From Tubiluchus corallicola (Eukaryota > Animalia > Priapulida): a stretch of DNA of 64,000 nucleotides. Below the pieces are notes generated by a model that ran no database searches, was not told the origin of the DNA, and saw nothing but the letters and a program-made list of their open reading frames with translations. Every line of letters begins with the position of its first letter. The first letter of the stretch is position 1. Positions 14,201 to 59,254 of the stretch are shown piece after piece. The position numbers were made by a program, and so were the translations under genes. The stretch lies in contig JAQGDQ010000740.1 in the NCBI GenBank assembly GCA_030141605.1, positions 39,786 through 103,785 of the forward strand, given 5' to 3'.

Positions 14201-15739
14201 TATGCATCGCAATGATTTATTAATTTCTGGCATTCACAGATATAATCTAATTAACACTGTCATAAAAAAGACATAAACATTAGCCCTTGTACCTTCCTAT
14301 ACTATAGGTATAAAGGCTAATGTACCCTGTAATGGTACTCTTGCTGTTGAACCTATGCCAGCAAAGCATACCTTGTTATTGAACACGTTTTTCTTCTTAA
14401 TAAAATTATTCAGCTTTTAAGTTATTATAAATACTCTGCAATGTTGAATTAATTGCGTCGTTTCATAAGTATATAATGACTGAAACTAGGAAGCTACAAT
14501 AAATAAAAAATTTGTTTTCCATTTTTAAAAAATGCATTTGGTGTGTAAAGGTAGTCAACCGATTATCACGCAACGTCGTTGAGTGGTTGAACAAGGCTGT
14601 TTCGAATGTGGATACGATGATAACAAACAAGCTCACTCGTTATGCAAGTAAGTACGCAGCATTAGGCACTAAACTGCTAATAACCTAACTCAGTCTATAA
14701 TGCTTAAGTAAAAATAAGATTTCAACAGAAAAGCTAAAAGGCATGTAAAGAAATAAAAAATAAGGCAGTGTCTAAAGGTACGGATCCACATCCGGAACTG
14801 CAGCAACTAAAAATAAGAATCCGTGTCTCGAAAGTATTCACTAGAAAATACGAATGATCTGTACGGCGAACAATATTAACGAGAAAATACGGATCGCTGT
14901 ACCGCGAAAGATATTGACGAGAAATACGGTTTGCCGTCAGAGAGGTGCAATATATTGCTTTCTTGTTTAACCACAACCTCTAATCCACAATTGTAAATAT
15001 GCACATCCGCTAGATCTGCGGATTGAGTGAAATCCACATAGATATTGAGCGAGTCATGCTTTATTTCTATAGTATAAACATAGCGTCTGTCTGTTTTTGG
15101 TAAGAAAGATGCATTAATCCCGTTTGCATACGAAAAACAACAGGATTAGATTAAAAAAACTTTTCTCTTATATTATGCTAAACTTTTAATTTTTTTTTAT
15201 ATATGTTTATATTATCAATTGAATACATATGCGTCTTCCCATTGTAACAGTTTTATCTCACTAATTAGCATTGTTAGTGCTTGAACATTTAACAATGTAA
15301 AGGATTACATAAATTTAGGGTACTTGCTTGACGTTAGTTAATATTTTTACTGATAAATACCTTTAAAAAGAATGTGCATATCCTATTACTGTGCATGCCA
15401 GTTTTAATTTTTAATAATTATAAAATGTTTTTACTGGAGCTCTGCTGCTTTACGTGTAACACTAGAAGTCTAAGGAAATTGCAGCAATAGTGAACTATTG
15501 TCTGCAATGGTAAAAATTGTCAAAATCCGTATGTTTTGTAAATGTCACAAAAAGCACGGATCCGTATTTGCCGCAAAAATAGTTACGAATACGCATCCGT
15601 ATTCGGTATCGCAGAAAAGACGAGTACGGATCCGTACCTCTAGTCACTGCCAAAAAATAATTAATATCAATGACCACAGAGCAAGCACTGCTTCCGACAT
15701 ATAATCATCTTCATCTGCGTCAGAGATATTTTTCTCCAT
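8214..15739 (-). CDS. GPATCH11: G-patch domain-containing protein 11 (CCDC75), 6 coding exons, ~282 aa
   Basis: Exons 15739-15675 (MEKNISDADEDDYMSEAVLAL), 12609-12517 (EDKRPGL), 11332-11199 (G-patch NKGFALLSKMGYKPGMGIGK), 10211-9955 (GRIEPI...GRGGLG...SQRICHQLD), 8983-8822 (WFWP) and 8351-8214 (YLRTQHFYCLWCG...CPG..DH, DUF4187-like). All phases are consistent, total 849 nt. Confidence 0.95.
10900..11097 (-). mobile_element. tRNA-derived SINE
   Basis: Minus strand has A-box-like GTGGCGTAGCTCAATGGTAGCG and B-box-like GTTCAACTC, then GGCCGAGTCATAACAAAGACTTAAAAAATG, which from memory resembles the Meta-SINE core. Confidence 0.55.
13058..14763. repeat. GPATCH11 intron-1 segment duplicated in inverted orientation at 60832-62518
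   Basis: Colinear reverse-complement match with scattered substitutions and small indels. For example, 13058 ACAAATTTTGTTTGTAAGTAGGCC is the reverse complement of the sequence ending at 62518. Confidence 0.95.
14068..14140 (+). pseudogene. tRNA-like sequence (pseudo-tRNA or SINE head)
   Basis: 73 nt folding as a cloverleaf: acceptor GAGTC/GGCTC, D arm, anticodon arm TGGGA-GTTCTAC-TTCCA, T arm TTGGG-CTCGAGT-CCCAA (T54 mutated). A more decayed tandem unit lies ~170 bp upstream and a copy lies at 61454-61526 (-). Confidence 0.6.
14764..15651. mobile_element. Mutator (MULE)-like MITE, 888 bp
   Basis: TIRs GGCAGTGTCTAAAGGTACGGATCC and GGATCCGTACCTCTAGTCACTGCC, perfect 9-bp TSD AAAAAATAA (14755-14763 and 15652-15660), subterminal ACGGATCCGT-like repeats. 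Superfamily inferred from TSD length and G termini. Confidence 0.85.
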
Positions 15740-16060
15740 TTTTCTAGTCTTGTCTATTCACTGAACTCTTAAACGACTGAAAATGAAACTGAATTCAGCA
15801 GACATGCAGTTCCACCAGAAGCTTGCAAATCTTCATTGAGTTTATCCGCAAAAAGCTGTTGCAATGTACGGCATCTTCGATACGCTATGTGAGTCAAAGT
15901 CGCGTAACAAATGTTTCTTTATTAATTCACTTCATATTTTTTAACACTGCGTGCGCTGTGAGAATGGTAGCATTGGTATTGTGGTATGATAGGCAGGCGT
16001 TCTGGGCACTCGACAGTACCTTCGGTGTTTGCGATGCCGTGTATAAAGCAGCTGTAAGTG
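15740..16060. promoter_or_regulatory. Likely bidirectional promoter for GPATCH11 and HEATR5, including the HEATR5 non-coding first exon
   Basis: CpG-enriched patch directly upstream of the GPATCH11 ATG. A + strand donor GTAAGT near 16054 can pair with the acceptor TTTGTTTCAG at 19901, 16 nt before the HEATR5 ATG. Confidence 0.6.
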
Positions 16061-16779
16061 GATAAAAATTATTCTAAGCGATTATATTTTACGTACGATT
16101 GATGTCAACACAAAAACGTGATCTATACATGAATGTGTAGTTCTGAAACCGTTCTCTTGATTTACCAGTAAATCATTTGTTTCCAAAAAACTAACAAGCC
16201 TGGCAATTGTTTAATATAAAACTATATATTCTAGAAACTGAAGAAAGTAAAAGGATGCCTTATTGGACCCTTTAAGAATTGGCTTTGCACTGCTCCATAT
16301 TTTGGGTGTAAAGCTATTTGAAAAACATGTTATGAAAAGATAATTTTAACAGAAGTTTTAAGTACTTTAGTTCTTCAAAGTTTCATTTGGCATACCGTCG
16401 ATACCATTAGATTTGTTATTTTTGATGTCAAAAAAACTCTTTATTTTGCTTTCATTGATTGGATCATAAGAACAATAATATTATTATTATTCGTTTAATT
16501 TGCATAACTGCTATCATTTGTTATTGTAGGTTTGTTATTACTAAGGGGCAATGGGGTAATGGAAGGTCAAATGGGCGTTTATATGCCTGTCCTACAAACA
16601 CACATAATAGTGTCCATTAGGCCTACTAAATTATAAATACTTTGTGCTACCACGTCCTATATAACAAAGAGAAAAAGAGAGAGAAAGAACGATAAAAGAG
16701 AGAGAGAAAGAGCGAAAAAGAGAAAAAGAAAGTGAGTGTCAAAGTAAGAGCCATGCAAATGCTAATGCTTTACACTACA

Positions 16780-18430
16780 GTTACGATATGTCTAAGTGTA
16801 ACAAAATGGATCAAACTGTAAACAATTTTGGCAAAAAACTCACAGAATTACATATTACATGTAATCTTGGAATATTAAATGGAAGAAAACTGGGGCACTC
16901 TTTCGGCTGTTATCCTTGCCATACCTCTATGGCAAACGCTCTATTGATTATGTTTTAATCAGTGAAGAAGCGCATGACTGGTATATTCCTTTTCAATAGA
17001 AGGTCCAGAATCATACTCAGACCACAAGAGAATCACTTTCCAAATAAGTTGTGATACCTTGAATAGTGTTAGTGTTTATGCTCCCATACCAAAACAAGAA
17101 AACCTACAAACCTTCAAATGGGATGAACTTGCAAAAATTAGATTTCAATCAGCATTATACAGGGCATTATGCAGCAATCTATGTAAAAATGACATTTCAT
17201 TGTCTCTCTCTGACCATGATGCACTTGAAATTCATAACAAGAAAATGAAATGCTTGCTGTTTGCCAATAATATAGTTCTCTTTATTAGGTCAAAAGAAGG
17301 ATTGCAAAATATGATCAACAAATTATCAGAAAACACGTCAGAAAATCTTCTTCAGATTAACTATAAGAAGACAAAAGTTGTGACATTTGGCAAAAAGCTC
17401 CTAATCACACATTTACGTGTAACCTAGCCTCTATATCAAATGAAAAACACATAAAATATCCTACTTTACAAGCACGGAATATAATACCGAGCACACAGAA
17501 ACAGTGAAAAAACAGAGCATCAGTTCTTTATTTAAATTAACATCTTTAATATTCAATTCTATTTAATTTTTTCCACCACATTAACATATCTGTTTGATAC
17601 CCTTCTAGTACCAATAGCCATTCATGTATGTTAAATCTGGCCAACTGCCAATTACAACAAAATTAAACAGAATCAACAATCAGACACAGAAAAAATACTC
17701 AAAGGCTGAAACTAGTTCCCCTCTAAACATATTTTAAACAAGTTTGCAAAATGGGGGGGGGCTTGTTGTTTGCTCTACAGCTTCAAACAGAGCCTGTGAG
17801 GCAGAACTGACACTATTTCCAATCCTAAAAAAGTTACAAAAATGACATTTAAAATGCCTTTCAGCCCACTGCAAACCAAGAAATACACTTCTCAAACATC
17901 TCTTCAAACACCTAGACACCCCAAGTAACTGGGACTGTTTTGACAAACACAGGGAGTAGGAAATCCCTTGAAGAAAGAATATCAGAAAAATCTAGAAGCA
18001 GCTAGGCTACAAAGCGTTACTTTTGAAAGAAATATATAATGATAATAGGAAAGTGGGCAGAAAGAATAAGCTTGGCTTTTACAGAAACATAAAATACACA
18101 TACCACAAAGAGCCATATCTTCAGACTATAAATTATAAACAACAAAGACGTAACATAACAAAACTCTGAATACACGATCATGACCTACAAATTGAAAATG
18201 GCAGATACATGAATCAACAAGAAAATGAAAGACCATGTTTTTTCTGTATCATTAGTAGAGATAATGTGCAAAACCCAATGGAAAATGAACATCTCTTCCT
18301 ATTTGAATTCCTTGCATGTCAAACAAAAAGTTGAAAATCATTTTCATAATTTCACTTTTTTAAATGGCTTAGTCTTTTCCATGCTTTGCCTGTTTAATTC
18401 CAATAATAAGTCTGCTCTTAAACAAGGTTT
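16780..18430 (+). mobile_element. Degenerate, internally deleted LINE (CR1/L2-group) ORF2 remnant
   Basis: Fragments across frames: endonuclease-like NLGILNGR, SIDYVLISE and SDH, RT-like CLLFANNIVL...GLQNMINKL...LQINYKKTKVVTF, and C-terminal HDLQIENGRY...ERPCFFC. Stops and frameshifts present. Confidence 0.8.
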
Positions 18431-19917
18431 TGTCAGTGAATGCATGCTCTGCAGACCTCCAGACCTCCATGCCCTGCAGACCATCAAAACCCTCCATACC
18501 ATACATAAGCAATAATGAGGAATGCTGGTTGGACATAGTATTATTTTTGTCTAACGTAAATAAAGGCTTTTTGTGTTATTGGGCATAGTTAATGTTTAAT
18601 TAAATTTTTTGTATGTATACGTGTGTTAACTTATTAAAATACTTTGTGTAATAGTTAGAGCTAAGTCATAGCTAATTTTGCTAATGTGGGTAGTCTAATC
18701 AATTTGAGCAAATAAACTGAATTGATAATTTTTCGGAAATTAGCATGATTGTGTGTATTTTTTGGAAAACGCAAATAGTGTTTTATTAAAATATTGGACA
18801 AGAGTAATTGTAAATTTGTAATACCATTTCGTAACTGCTGTGTTATTGTTAATGGTGCAGCACACGACCTGCCAGCGTGAAATCACAAATGCCGATAACT
18901 AATCACACGTTGCACCGCAGGTTAAATCGTTGCAGAAGATTTCTCCTTGTAGTCTTCTAGGTTGTGTAAGGGATGAAGGATTAGTACATAAGCAAGTGAA
19001 AATGAACTAGACAATAAAAAGTAGGACATCTTTGAAAAAGTTTTTGAAATATTTACTGTTAACTAGTTGCTGAAGCTGTAAAGTAGAAGGCTAAACCTTA
19101 TTTATACAAATTAAAAGGAAATGCTCCAGAGGCTGAAACTTGCCGCTTGGTTGTGTCAATGGTTGTTCTGTCGAGCACATTTCGATGTTTTTACCATGTG
19201 ATTGGATTCAAATAAAATTTCTTTTGACATAATTTGTAGCCTTACTTTTATGGTTCCTCTGTTTGCTGGTGTCTACATGCAGGTACCAATAGTACGTCCA
19301 GATATAGCCTAAATTACTCTATGACAGCTTGAAAGTTTATGTTAGTGAGCTAAACTTTCATCGTAAAAGCAAGGTTACTCGTACAAATAAGACATAGCAA
19401 AAGTTCTCAATATATTTCGTATCCACTTAGAGCTGAAATAGAAAACTAATACAAATTGTAGCGTCGTTTGCATTCAGTTAGCACACTGACCTTATGCTTA
19501 AGATATTTTAAAAGATGCTAGTGTTGTATTTTGGAAAGGTTCCAACTGGTTTGATATTTTGTGAGACTTTATATTTGATTTGCAAAGCTAACTTATTTTT
19601 TATGCTTGCCTATAATTTGGTTATTTCTTTTGTGACAAAGAACAAAGTTATTTGAACTTGTTGATTTGTGGAAATCATTGGAAGTATAACCTGTTATTCC
19701 GAATAAACTTAAATCATTGTAATAATTATAATGTATATGAGTTTATATATATATATATAACTTATCAAACTAAAATTTATATAATGTGTAGGAAATAAAA
19801 CTACTAAGGTGCATGTATCAAGTATCACTTTAGTCAACACGATTCAAGACGAGTGAGGAGTTTCACTTATAATATCTTATATAAGTTTTTATTTGTTTCA
19901 GGAGTCAGACTGCAACA

Positions 19918-52335
<32,418 letters not shown>

Positions 52336-55300
52336 GCTGAAGCAGCTCCATTTCAATAACTTGTTGGCTCATTAACTATGTGTGCAACAGGCACATAGAA
52401 TATCTAGTAAATAAATGTGATGTGGGATGTACGACATGCTGTGCATGTTCTGAACGATCGATTGTAAATTATAGTTTGACCCACCAATACGAAGTTTTAT
52501 TAATACAACTTTTAAATTAAGCAGCACTGTGCAGTAGTAATGATAGTCAGCTACCCTGCACATATTGCAGGGTAAGACCACCACATTTTCGTAAATCAAT
52601 GGCAATTTTTAGTAGGTTGTGTTCTGCACTGTTCGAATTAACAAAATAGAGTTGCAGTCATTTTAACTGCAATTCATTGTATTTTCATTAGTAACGGCCG
52701 TGGCTGGCAGCGTGACTGAGATCAGCATTCCAAACTTAAATTTGCCATTTTGCACCAAATAAGAATAGCAAATATTATGAAAGCTCATTTTTTTGTTAAT
52801 GATTGTGATTTAAATTGTGATAAGTTTTGAACATGCACTTTATAAAAGCAATAGCGCCACTGAATTTTGTTTACGTACCTGCTAACATATGCTGTGTTCC
52901 ATGCATATGCTTATATAGAATCATAAGTGATTCACATTCAAGATGTACCCGCATATGCATGGTCTGAAATCTGAATTCTCCGTTCCCCAGTAAGAGATAA
53001 CTTAATAAAACATTAGTCTACTGTATGTTTCAAACCTGTATAAAGTACGGACATAAATACAGCAGGCTGTGCTTAATGCATTGGTACTGTGTAATATAAT
53101 GGTTGTTGAATTCTTCTGACACCATATAATTGATGTCTGAGGGTGGTTTTGTACTTCCTGATTTTTGTTCCTAAAAACAATGTATCAAATTAATAAAAGA
53201 AATTTAAGACTTTCACACAAACTATAATATTCAAGAACAACAATAATTATTCTTCATATAATAGATAATAGGGTATTACCATCATACAGCAAGTTGTTAC
53301 TACTAGATTTTTAAATATTTAGTATAATATTCCAGATGTCAGAACCTATACTGACTGCTATACTACTAACGAGATTCCATTCGGTAACATATTGCATGTG
53401 TGGAAAATGTTTCTTGTTTGAAGTTAAATTTTTAATGTGTGTCTCTCTGTGTACTATATAGTGTATAAGTTTAATGTATGTAAGCTACTACTATTAAAAT
53501 AATAATATTGTTGTTACGAAAAAAATTCGAGAGTAAACCCTATTTAATTATCTTCCAAGATTCGAATAGCATTCCTTTCAAGTTCCAGGTTATACAACTT
53601 CAACGTTTGGTGCACAGGAAGCTTCACCTGGGATGCTACAGTTTGAAAAGTCATTATTTTGAGATCCTTTTAGGGACTATAGGCTCCCGTATTATCTCAC
53701 ACATCTTGCTTTTCATAGCATATGTTTCGTGCTTTAGAATCTTAATGTTTGGCAAAACTTTGTACTTTTGGCAAAGTAATACCACAATGAAAAAACTCAA
53801 TATGGCGGCAAATTAGTCTGTTAATTGGCAAAACATTACTACAATGAATAATGTGAACATGGTATGTTAACCTTGTATTATTATTATTATTATTATTATT
53901 ATATAGCAGATAATAATTACAGACAACAGGAATAGCAACACCAAAGAAAATGCTGACAAACTGAAATACATCACATTTATACAATTATTACAGCCTTCCT
54001 CGGCATATTAGACGCCGTGCAAGAAAGATGCTTGTTCTAGATAATTTTCAACTGGGCAAAGCAAATTATGTCTATGTTACAGAAGAAAATTAAATCAAGA
54101 AATTATATCAGGATCGTCTCACTTAGCTTTGACAGAATGCCTTTTCAGCAAGCTTTTAACATTAGTAAGACTTTACGGCAAACTCCACAAAAAATTAGAA
54201 AGGTTGGTTTAAAAGTTTATCTACCGCTACATTTTTCAGCATCTTGATTTTACAATAAAAGAAAATGTAATTGAAAAGAATGAGTATCAGATGTGTAAAT
54301 AAGTTTATACAAGTACTTGGGCGTAATTAACATCGAGAAAGCTATAACACAGAATGAAATCTACACAGACTGAAATTTTTTTCTTTTCAATTCAAATAAC
54401 TTTTCTATACCAAATGAACACATTTACACTGAACTATAAATTTAAGAACAATTTCTACAAAAATTTTTAAACAGTTTACATATGTCAAGAGAATGTTGCT
54501 GTACAAAAATTTTAATCTTAATTTTGACACAGCAGGGGTCATGTAATAGGTATGAGTAACATGTCAAAAGACAAAATTGGTGGCACTTTCAAGATCTTGA
54601 ATAGTATAATTTTCATGAGAAAAAATTTGACTTATACTGTATAAAGTTGAAAATTATCTAGAAATGAAACTATACAAGGTTTTTATACAAGCAAAAAACG
54701 TGTATTGTCTCTCTGGCCAAAAAAACAAAAACGTAAAATGGTAAAAAATACAGTAAAAATTTTTAAGTCTAGACATTTTAAGAGTTAAGCTAACAATGGC
54801 CAACAAAATTTGCATTTTTGCAACAAAAATTATTCTTGCAAAAACAAATGAATAGCTGAAAATGCCTGCAGAAAGAATACATAGCAGGTTCTTGTTGTTA
54901 AAATCAACAAGTTGGTTCCAGTATTCACTATTCAGCATAGACCTGTAGAAAATATGGCAAAAGTCGTGAGAGAAACAATGCGAGTTGCTGTTCACATAAT
55001 CTTGCATAGTTTTCTCTTTCTAGACAATCTTCAACTTCACACAACCATCAAATATTTTCCTACTATGTATCTTTGTTGGCTTTCAGATAACCTTAAAGAC
55101 CATGAAAGTACCACCAATTTACCAAGTTTGTCTTCATATGTACCGTATATATTACTGTGTGGCCCGTGCCGTGTCAAAACTAGGATCTAAATTTTTGCAC
55201 AGCAACATTCTTGATGTATGCATAGAAAATGCTGTAGAAATAGCTCTGAACATGTTCATGGTAAAATGTGTTTCACTAAATGTATCAGTAGTTATTTGGT

Positions 55301-55408
55301 ATAACAAAACATTTGAAATGAAATGAAAATGTACATTTCACAAGAATTTCAATTTATTTAGACTTTGAAGTTGTAGATTTGATTTGAAGTTTCCTGTCCA
55401 ACACTGTA

Positions 55409-55411
<3 letters not shown>

Positions 55412-55462
<51 letters not shown>
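55412..55462. repeat. (TA)n microsatellite
   Basis: About 25 TA units. Confidence 0.98.
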
Positions 55463-55465
<3 letters not shown>

Positions 55466-56874
55466 CTATACATTAACATATTATAGTATATTTCACATTC
55501 ACTTTAACAACAAAAGATGAGTTTTAGTAACAATGTCCAAAATTAATAATGTAAAAAGAATAAATATTTAACTTATTCACTAAGATTACCACAAGACATA
55601 GCATCAAAAATACCACAAATGTAGGCAGGCAAAACAAAGTAGTTTTACAGATCTATACTTTTGAGACTATTGTTTCAAGGGTAAAGATTATCATGACCCA
55701 AAGAGGACAGTATGTGAAACAACACAGAGAGTAATACACTTTTCATCAAGCTGCTTTTGCAAACAGACTTAACAGTGGCCTTTTATTCAAGACCAATGTG
55801 CACATTATACTTTAAGAAGGAAAGAGTGGTGAATTTTGAAATAATAGATATAAAAAATCAGACAAAATATTGTTGTATTAGCTAGTTCTTTTGGACTTTT
55901 TGAAATACTCAGGTTAGCAGAAATGAAAATTTCTAATAACTTGAACAATTTGTACTAATAGCATAGATGCATCCAACAGACACCTATGTTCCTAGCATGC
56001 ATCAGTAGCACAGAAAATATATTACCATTAAGGTAATTTACGAAGCAAGTACTTATTTCATCTAGCCATTTATTAGCATATACTGCAAGCTGTTTGCTAT
56101 TTTTTACAGAATGTAAATCTGCATTAACAGCATTCGCTTCAATTTCCTAACAGGGAACAAACTTTACAAGGGGTGGATCTAGTAATTACATTTTACTTAG
56201 TGCTATTCAAAATGTAAACTTTACATAATATAAGAGCACGTGCAAGAGACATCAAACTTGAAGCTGTTTGTTTTCTGAACTGTGTGAAAACTCACCAATC
56301 TTATCTTTCAAAGCAGCATACAGATGTATGGACTATACATTTATGTGTGAAACCTCTTACCAGTTAATGGGTACTAAGGTAAGGGCATGTGGGTCCGTCT
56401 GCACAATAAAAAATGGATGGAGCTGTAATTACTCACCTCAGAGCAGTGGTAGGTGGCAAGGCCTGGAAGTCCATTGTTTTTTTTGCTTCAAAAGGTCAAA
56501 GGGCAAGCTGAGTTACAATGTCAAAAATGTATAAAATCAAAACAGTTTATAATCACAAAACTTAGAGCGGTGTGGGCCTGGCCAAAAATTGGAAACTGTT
56601 TTTTGGTTCAAAGGGTCAAGGGTTAAGGTCAAAAGATATCAAGACAAATGAATACTCTCTAGTTGTTCTCACTAATGAACAATACCACAAATGCAAGCAC
56701 AAAAGGAACAAATATCAGTAATAAGTTATTCTCAAATAATAGCAGTAAGAATAAAGCAAAAACATGCTGTCACTCAAAAGTGACAGATAGAATACTCCTG
56801 GTCACATAACAAATATTCACAAGTATAGACCGACACCAACCAGTGGCCCATAAAAATAAATAACAAGTATTCAC

Positions 56875-58917
56875 TCATAAGGTCTCATACATCTCACTGT
56901 CTCCTCCAGGACCATCAGTAGATGACAACATATCTAAAGCACCACTAGATGATTTCTTTTTCTTATGTTTTTTCTTCTTGTTTTTATCCTCATGATGATC
57001 TTTGTCTTTACTTTTTGACTTATGTACTTTCCCATCTTCCTGCTTGCTTCTATGCTTATGCTTTTTCTTCTTATGACCTTCATCCACAGAATCTTCATTA
57101 GAAACTGGAACTAATTCACTGAGTGAAGATGCCACACTGCTTCCAATTGGAGTCGACTGTGACATTTTCTCCAAGTAGCTTAAATCTTCAAATTCTAACC
57201 CTCTAACAGGAGCCACACCATTTGCATCTGTGGAAGACTGCTTATTTTCAATAACAAAAGAATCTTCTAACACATCTGCAGTACTTCCAACTGGCTCAGG
57301 CCGGGGTAATATTATGTGGGTCAGTAATTCTTTACTGGTACCTTCAACTTTGTCATCTAACAAATGAAAAGAAGCATCAAAAGAACTTGCCTTGTATTCG
57401 TTTTCATCAGGTGACTCCTCCTCTCTCTGAAGAGATACAGGTACTGACTGTGTGTGCACAACTTCATCCTCTGAGTCAATATGATCTTGGAAGCCAGCAA
57501 CCATGGGATTACCCATCATGTCACCATCATCACTATCACTTTGAGCTGCATCTGTTTTTCCACTTTCTATTGGTATGCGATGATCATCCAAGAAAGATGC
57601 ATCAAGTCTATCCTCTGGCACAAATTCATCCACCCCTGTGACATGCCTAGGTGTAGAATCAGAAACGGGGACGTCTTGCATAATTGGCGGGAGGTTAGGC
57701 TGTACTTTCACTTCTTGCTGTTGAGGCTCCTTAACTTCTTGTTGTTGGTTCTTTTGCAGCAATTCTTTCTGATTCTTTCCAAGTAATTTTGATATAAAAC
57801 CAACAGATGTACGTTCTTCTTGATTAGCTTGAGTATTTCCTTCATTCGGGAGAATTTGTGGTTCAGACATAGGTGCTTGTACAGAGGCTGGTGAATTTGC
57901 AGAAGTCACTGAATATGCTAAATTTGTATTAGATAGCCTTCTTGGTTCGCTAATCTCAGGAATAGATACAGATGAACTTTCTGAAACTTTATTTTGCTTT
58001 TCTTTCTCTATATTAGCAATCTTTTCATTCTCTAAGTTCTGCAGTCTCCGTTTAGCTTGCAAATTCTCCAAAAATATATCGTAATCTTGCTCCTCACTCT
58101 CCCCATGTATGTGAAGTTCTTCCAGGGTAGCTGCCATTTCTTTCATATTTATTTCCAACTGTCTTTCCAATGTTTCTCTTTGCAACTGTAGGAATGGAAC
58201 ATTAAAAAACCTGTGAAGAAATCTGAGTCCAAAGCTATTTCGCATGGATGCCTCGGCATACCTTATTTGCGCAGCTTCAGGAGAGCGTTCGAGATTGTCT
58301 ATAAAATACTTCACTTGATCAGCATCAACAACACGGTGGTGTCCCATATCACGATGGTTTGCAAGCACAAGGATAGGTATGTGTTCGGGAATTCTCAAGA
58401 TTTCTTTCTGAACATAATCGAAAGTCCAAAGTTTAGTCATGTCCATCAGTAATATCACACCATGTGTTCCTTTATACACATCGAGAAACTCTGCATCCAA
58501 TGCCACAGGCTCAACAAAGCTTTCAGAATCTGGAATGGAATTGTGCATTTTCAGAGTACCAGTGGGGTTCTTCTTTTTTCCTTTATCAACCACATCCCAA
58601 ACTTCAACTTTAACAATGTCATCTGTTGCTTTGTAGTTCCACTGTATGCTAGCAACTTGAATTTCCTGAGTAGGTATGTATTCTTCCCTGAACTTATCTC
58701 CTTGCAGACGATGGAAAAGACATGTTTTACCAACATTCCTGTCCCCTTTAATAATAACTTTCATATTGTACTGTACACCTTTTGCAAACTTACGTTGCAA
58801 CCTCTGGCCCATGGCGTGCACTCCTGGTGGCCTACCTTCCGTAGACGCATGATTTGACTTGCTAGGCTGCTCTATGGGTGGTTCATTACTAACGAGCTTT
58901 TTCAAAGCGTTTAACAT
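56875..58917 (-). CDS. RABL6: Rab-like protein 6 (RBEL1/PARF), single coding exon, 680 aa
   Basis: ATG at 58917 gives MLNALKKLV..., then MGQRLQRKFAKGVQYNMKVIIKGDRNVGKT, QEIQVASIQWNYKATDDIVKVEVWDVVDKGK, ALDAEFLDVYK, FFNVPFLQLQRETL, GNPMVAGFQD, a lysine-rich tail and terminal YETL. Confidence 0.96.
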   Translation of the reverse strand: MLNALKKLVSNEPPIEQPSKSNHASTEGRPPGVHAMGQRLQRKFAKGVQYNMKVIIKGDRNVGKTCLFHRLQGDKFREEYIPTQEIQVASIQWNYKATDDIVKVEVWDVVDKGKKKNPTGTLKMHNSIPDSESFVEPVALDAEFLDVYKGTHGVILLMDMTKLWTFDYVQKEILRIPEHIPILVLANHRDMGHHRVVDADQVKYFIDNLERSPEAAQIRYAEASMRNSFGLRFLHRFFNVPFLQLQRETLERQLEINMKEMAATLEELHIHGESEEQDYDIFLENLQAKRRLQNLENEKIANIEKEKQNKVSESSSVSIPEISEPRRLSNTNLAYSVTSANSPASVQAPMSEPQILPNEGNTQANQEERTSVGFISKLLGKNQKELLQKNQQQEVKEPQQQEVKVQPNLPPIMQDVPVSDSTPRHVTGVDEFVPEDRLDASFLDDHRIPIESGKTDAAQSDSDDGDMMGNPMVAGFQDHIDSEDEVVHTQSVPVSLQREEESPDENEYKASSFDASFHLLDDKVEGTSKELLTHIILPRPEPVGSTADVLEDSFVIENKQSSTDANGVAPVRGLEFEDLSYLEKMSQSTPIGSSVASSLSELVPVSNEDSVDEGHKKKKHKHRSKQEDGKVHKSKSKDKDHHEDKNKKKKHKKKKSSSGALDMLSSTDGPGGDSEMYETL

Positions 58918-59069
58918 CGTTCTTATAAGCTGCCGCGCATTCACCAACTGTAAATTTTATAAATTAACAATAACAGGAACCGTAAATTAAGGACGTTTAC
59001 AAAATCAACAGCGCATAAAAGTTGAGAAGCACAAAAATGTGTTAATGATTCGCAGATAAACAAAAACAG

Positions 59070-59240
59070 AAACAGTGAAACACGCCATTTCTGCTAACGC
59101 GACTTCCGTTATAAAAAACACACCACAAATTTGTGTGTGCGGTGCGTCGATAAATACGGAGTAACGGAGAATAACGCTGCAGGGCGCCGAGTAAACCACT
59201 AGCCGAAGTGGGACACTTCCGGTAAAACGCATGTGCTAAA
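59070..59240 (-). promoter_or_regulatory. CpG-rich RABL6 promoter
   Basis: High CpG density, ETS-like CACTTCCGG (~59214) and GACTTCCG (~59101), YY1-like CGCCATTT (~59083), NRF1-like CGCATGTGC. Confidence 0.6.
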
Positions 59241-59254
59241 TTTGCGGACAAGCA

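Noticed and set aside
15495-15704. Similar ORFs at 15495-15704 and 60040-60402 suggesting a small gene family
   Set aside because: Both lie in copies of the same MITE, and the frames are not conserved beyond it.
57387-58857. Plus-strand ORFs overlapping RABL6
   Set aside because: Antisense shadows of a long CDS with no recognisable motifs.
58918-58947. TTG start of the 690-aa RABL6 ORF
   Set aside because: The ATG at 58917 gives the conserved MxxALKKLV N-terminus.
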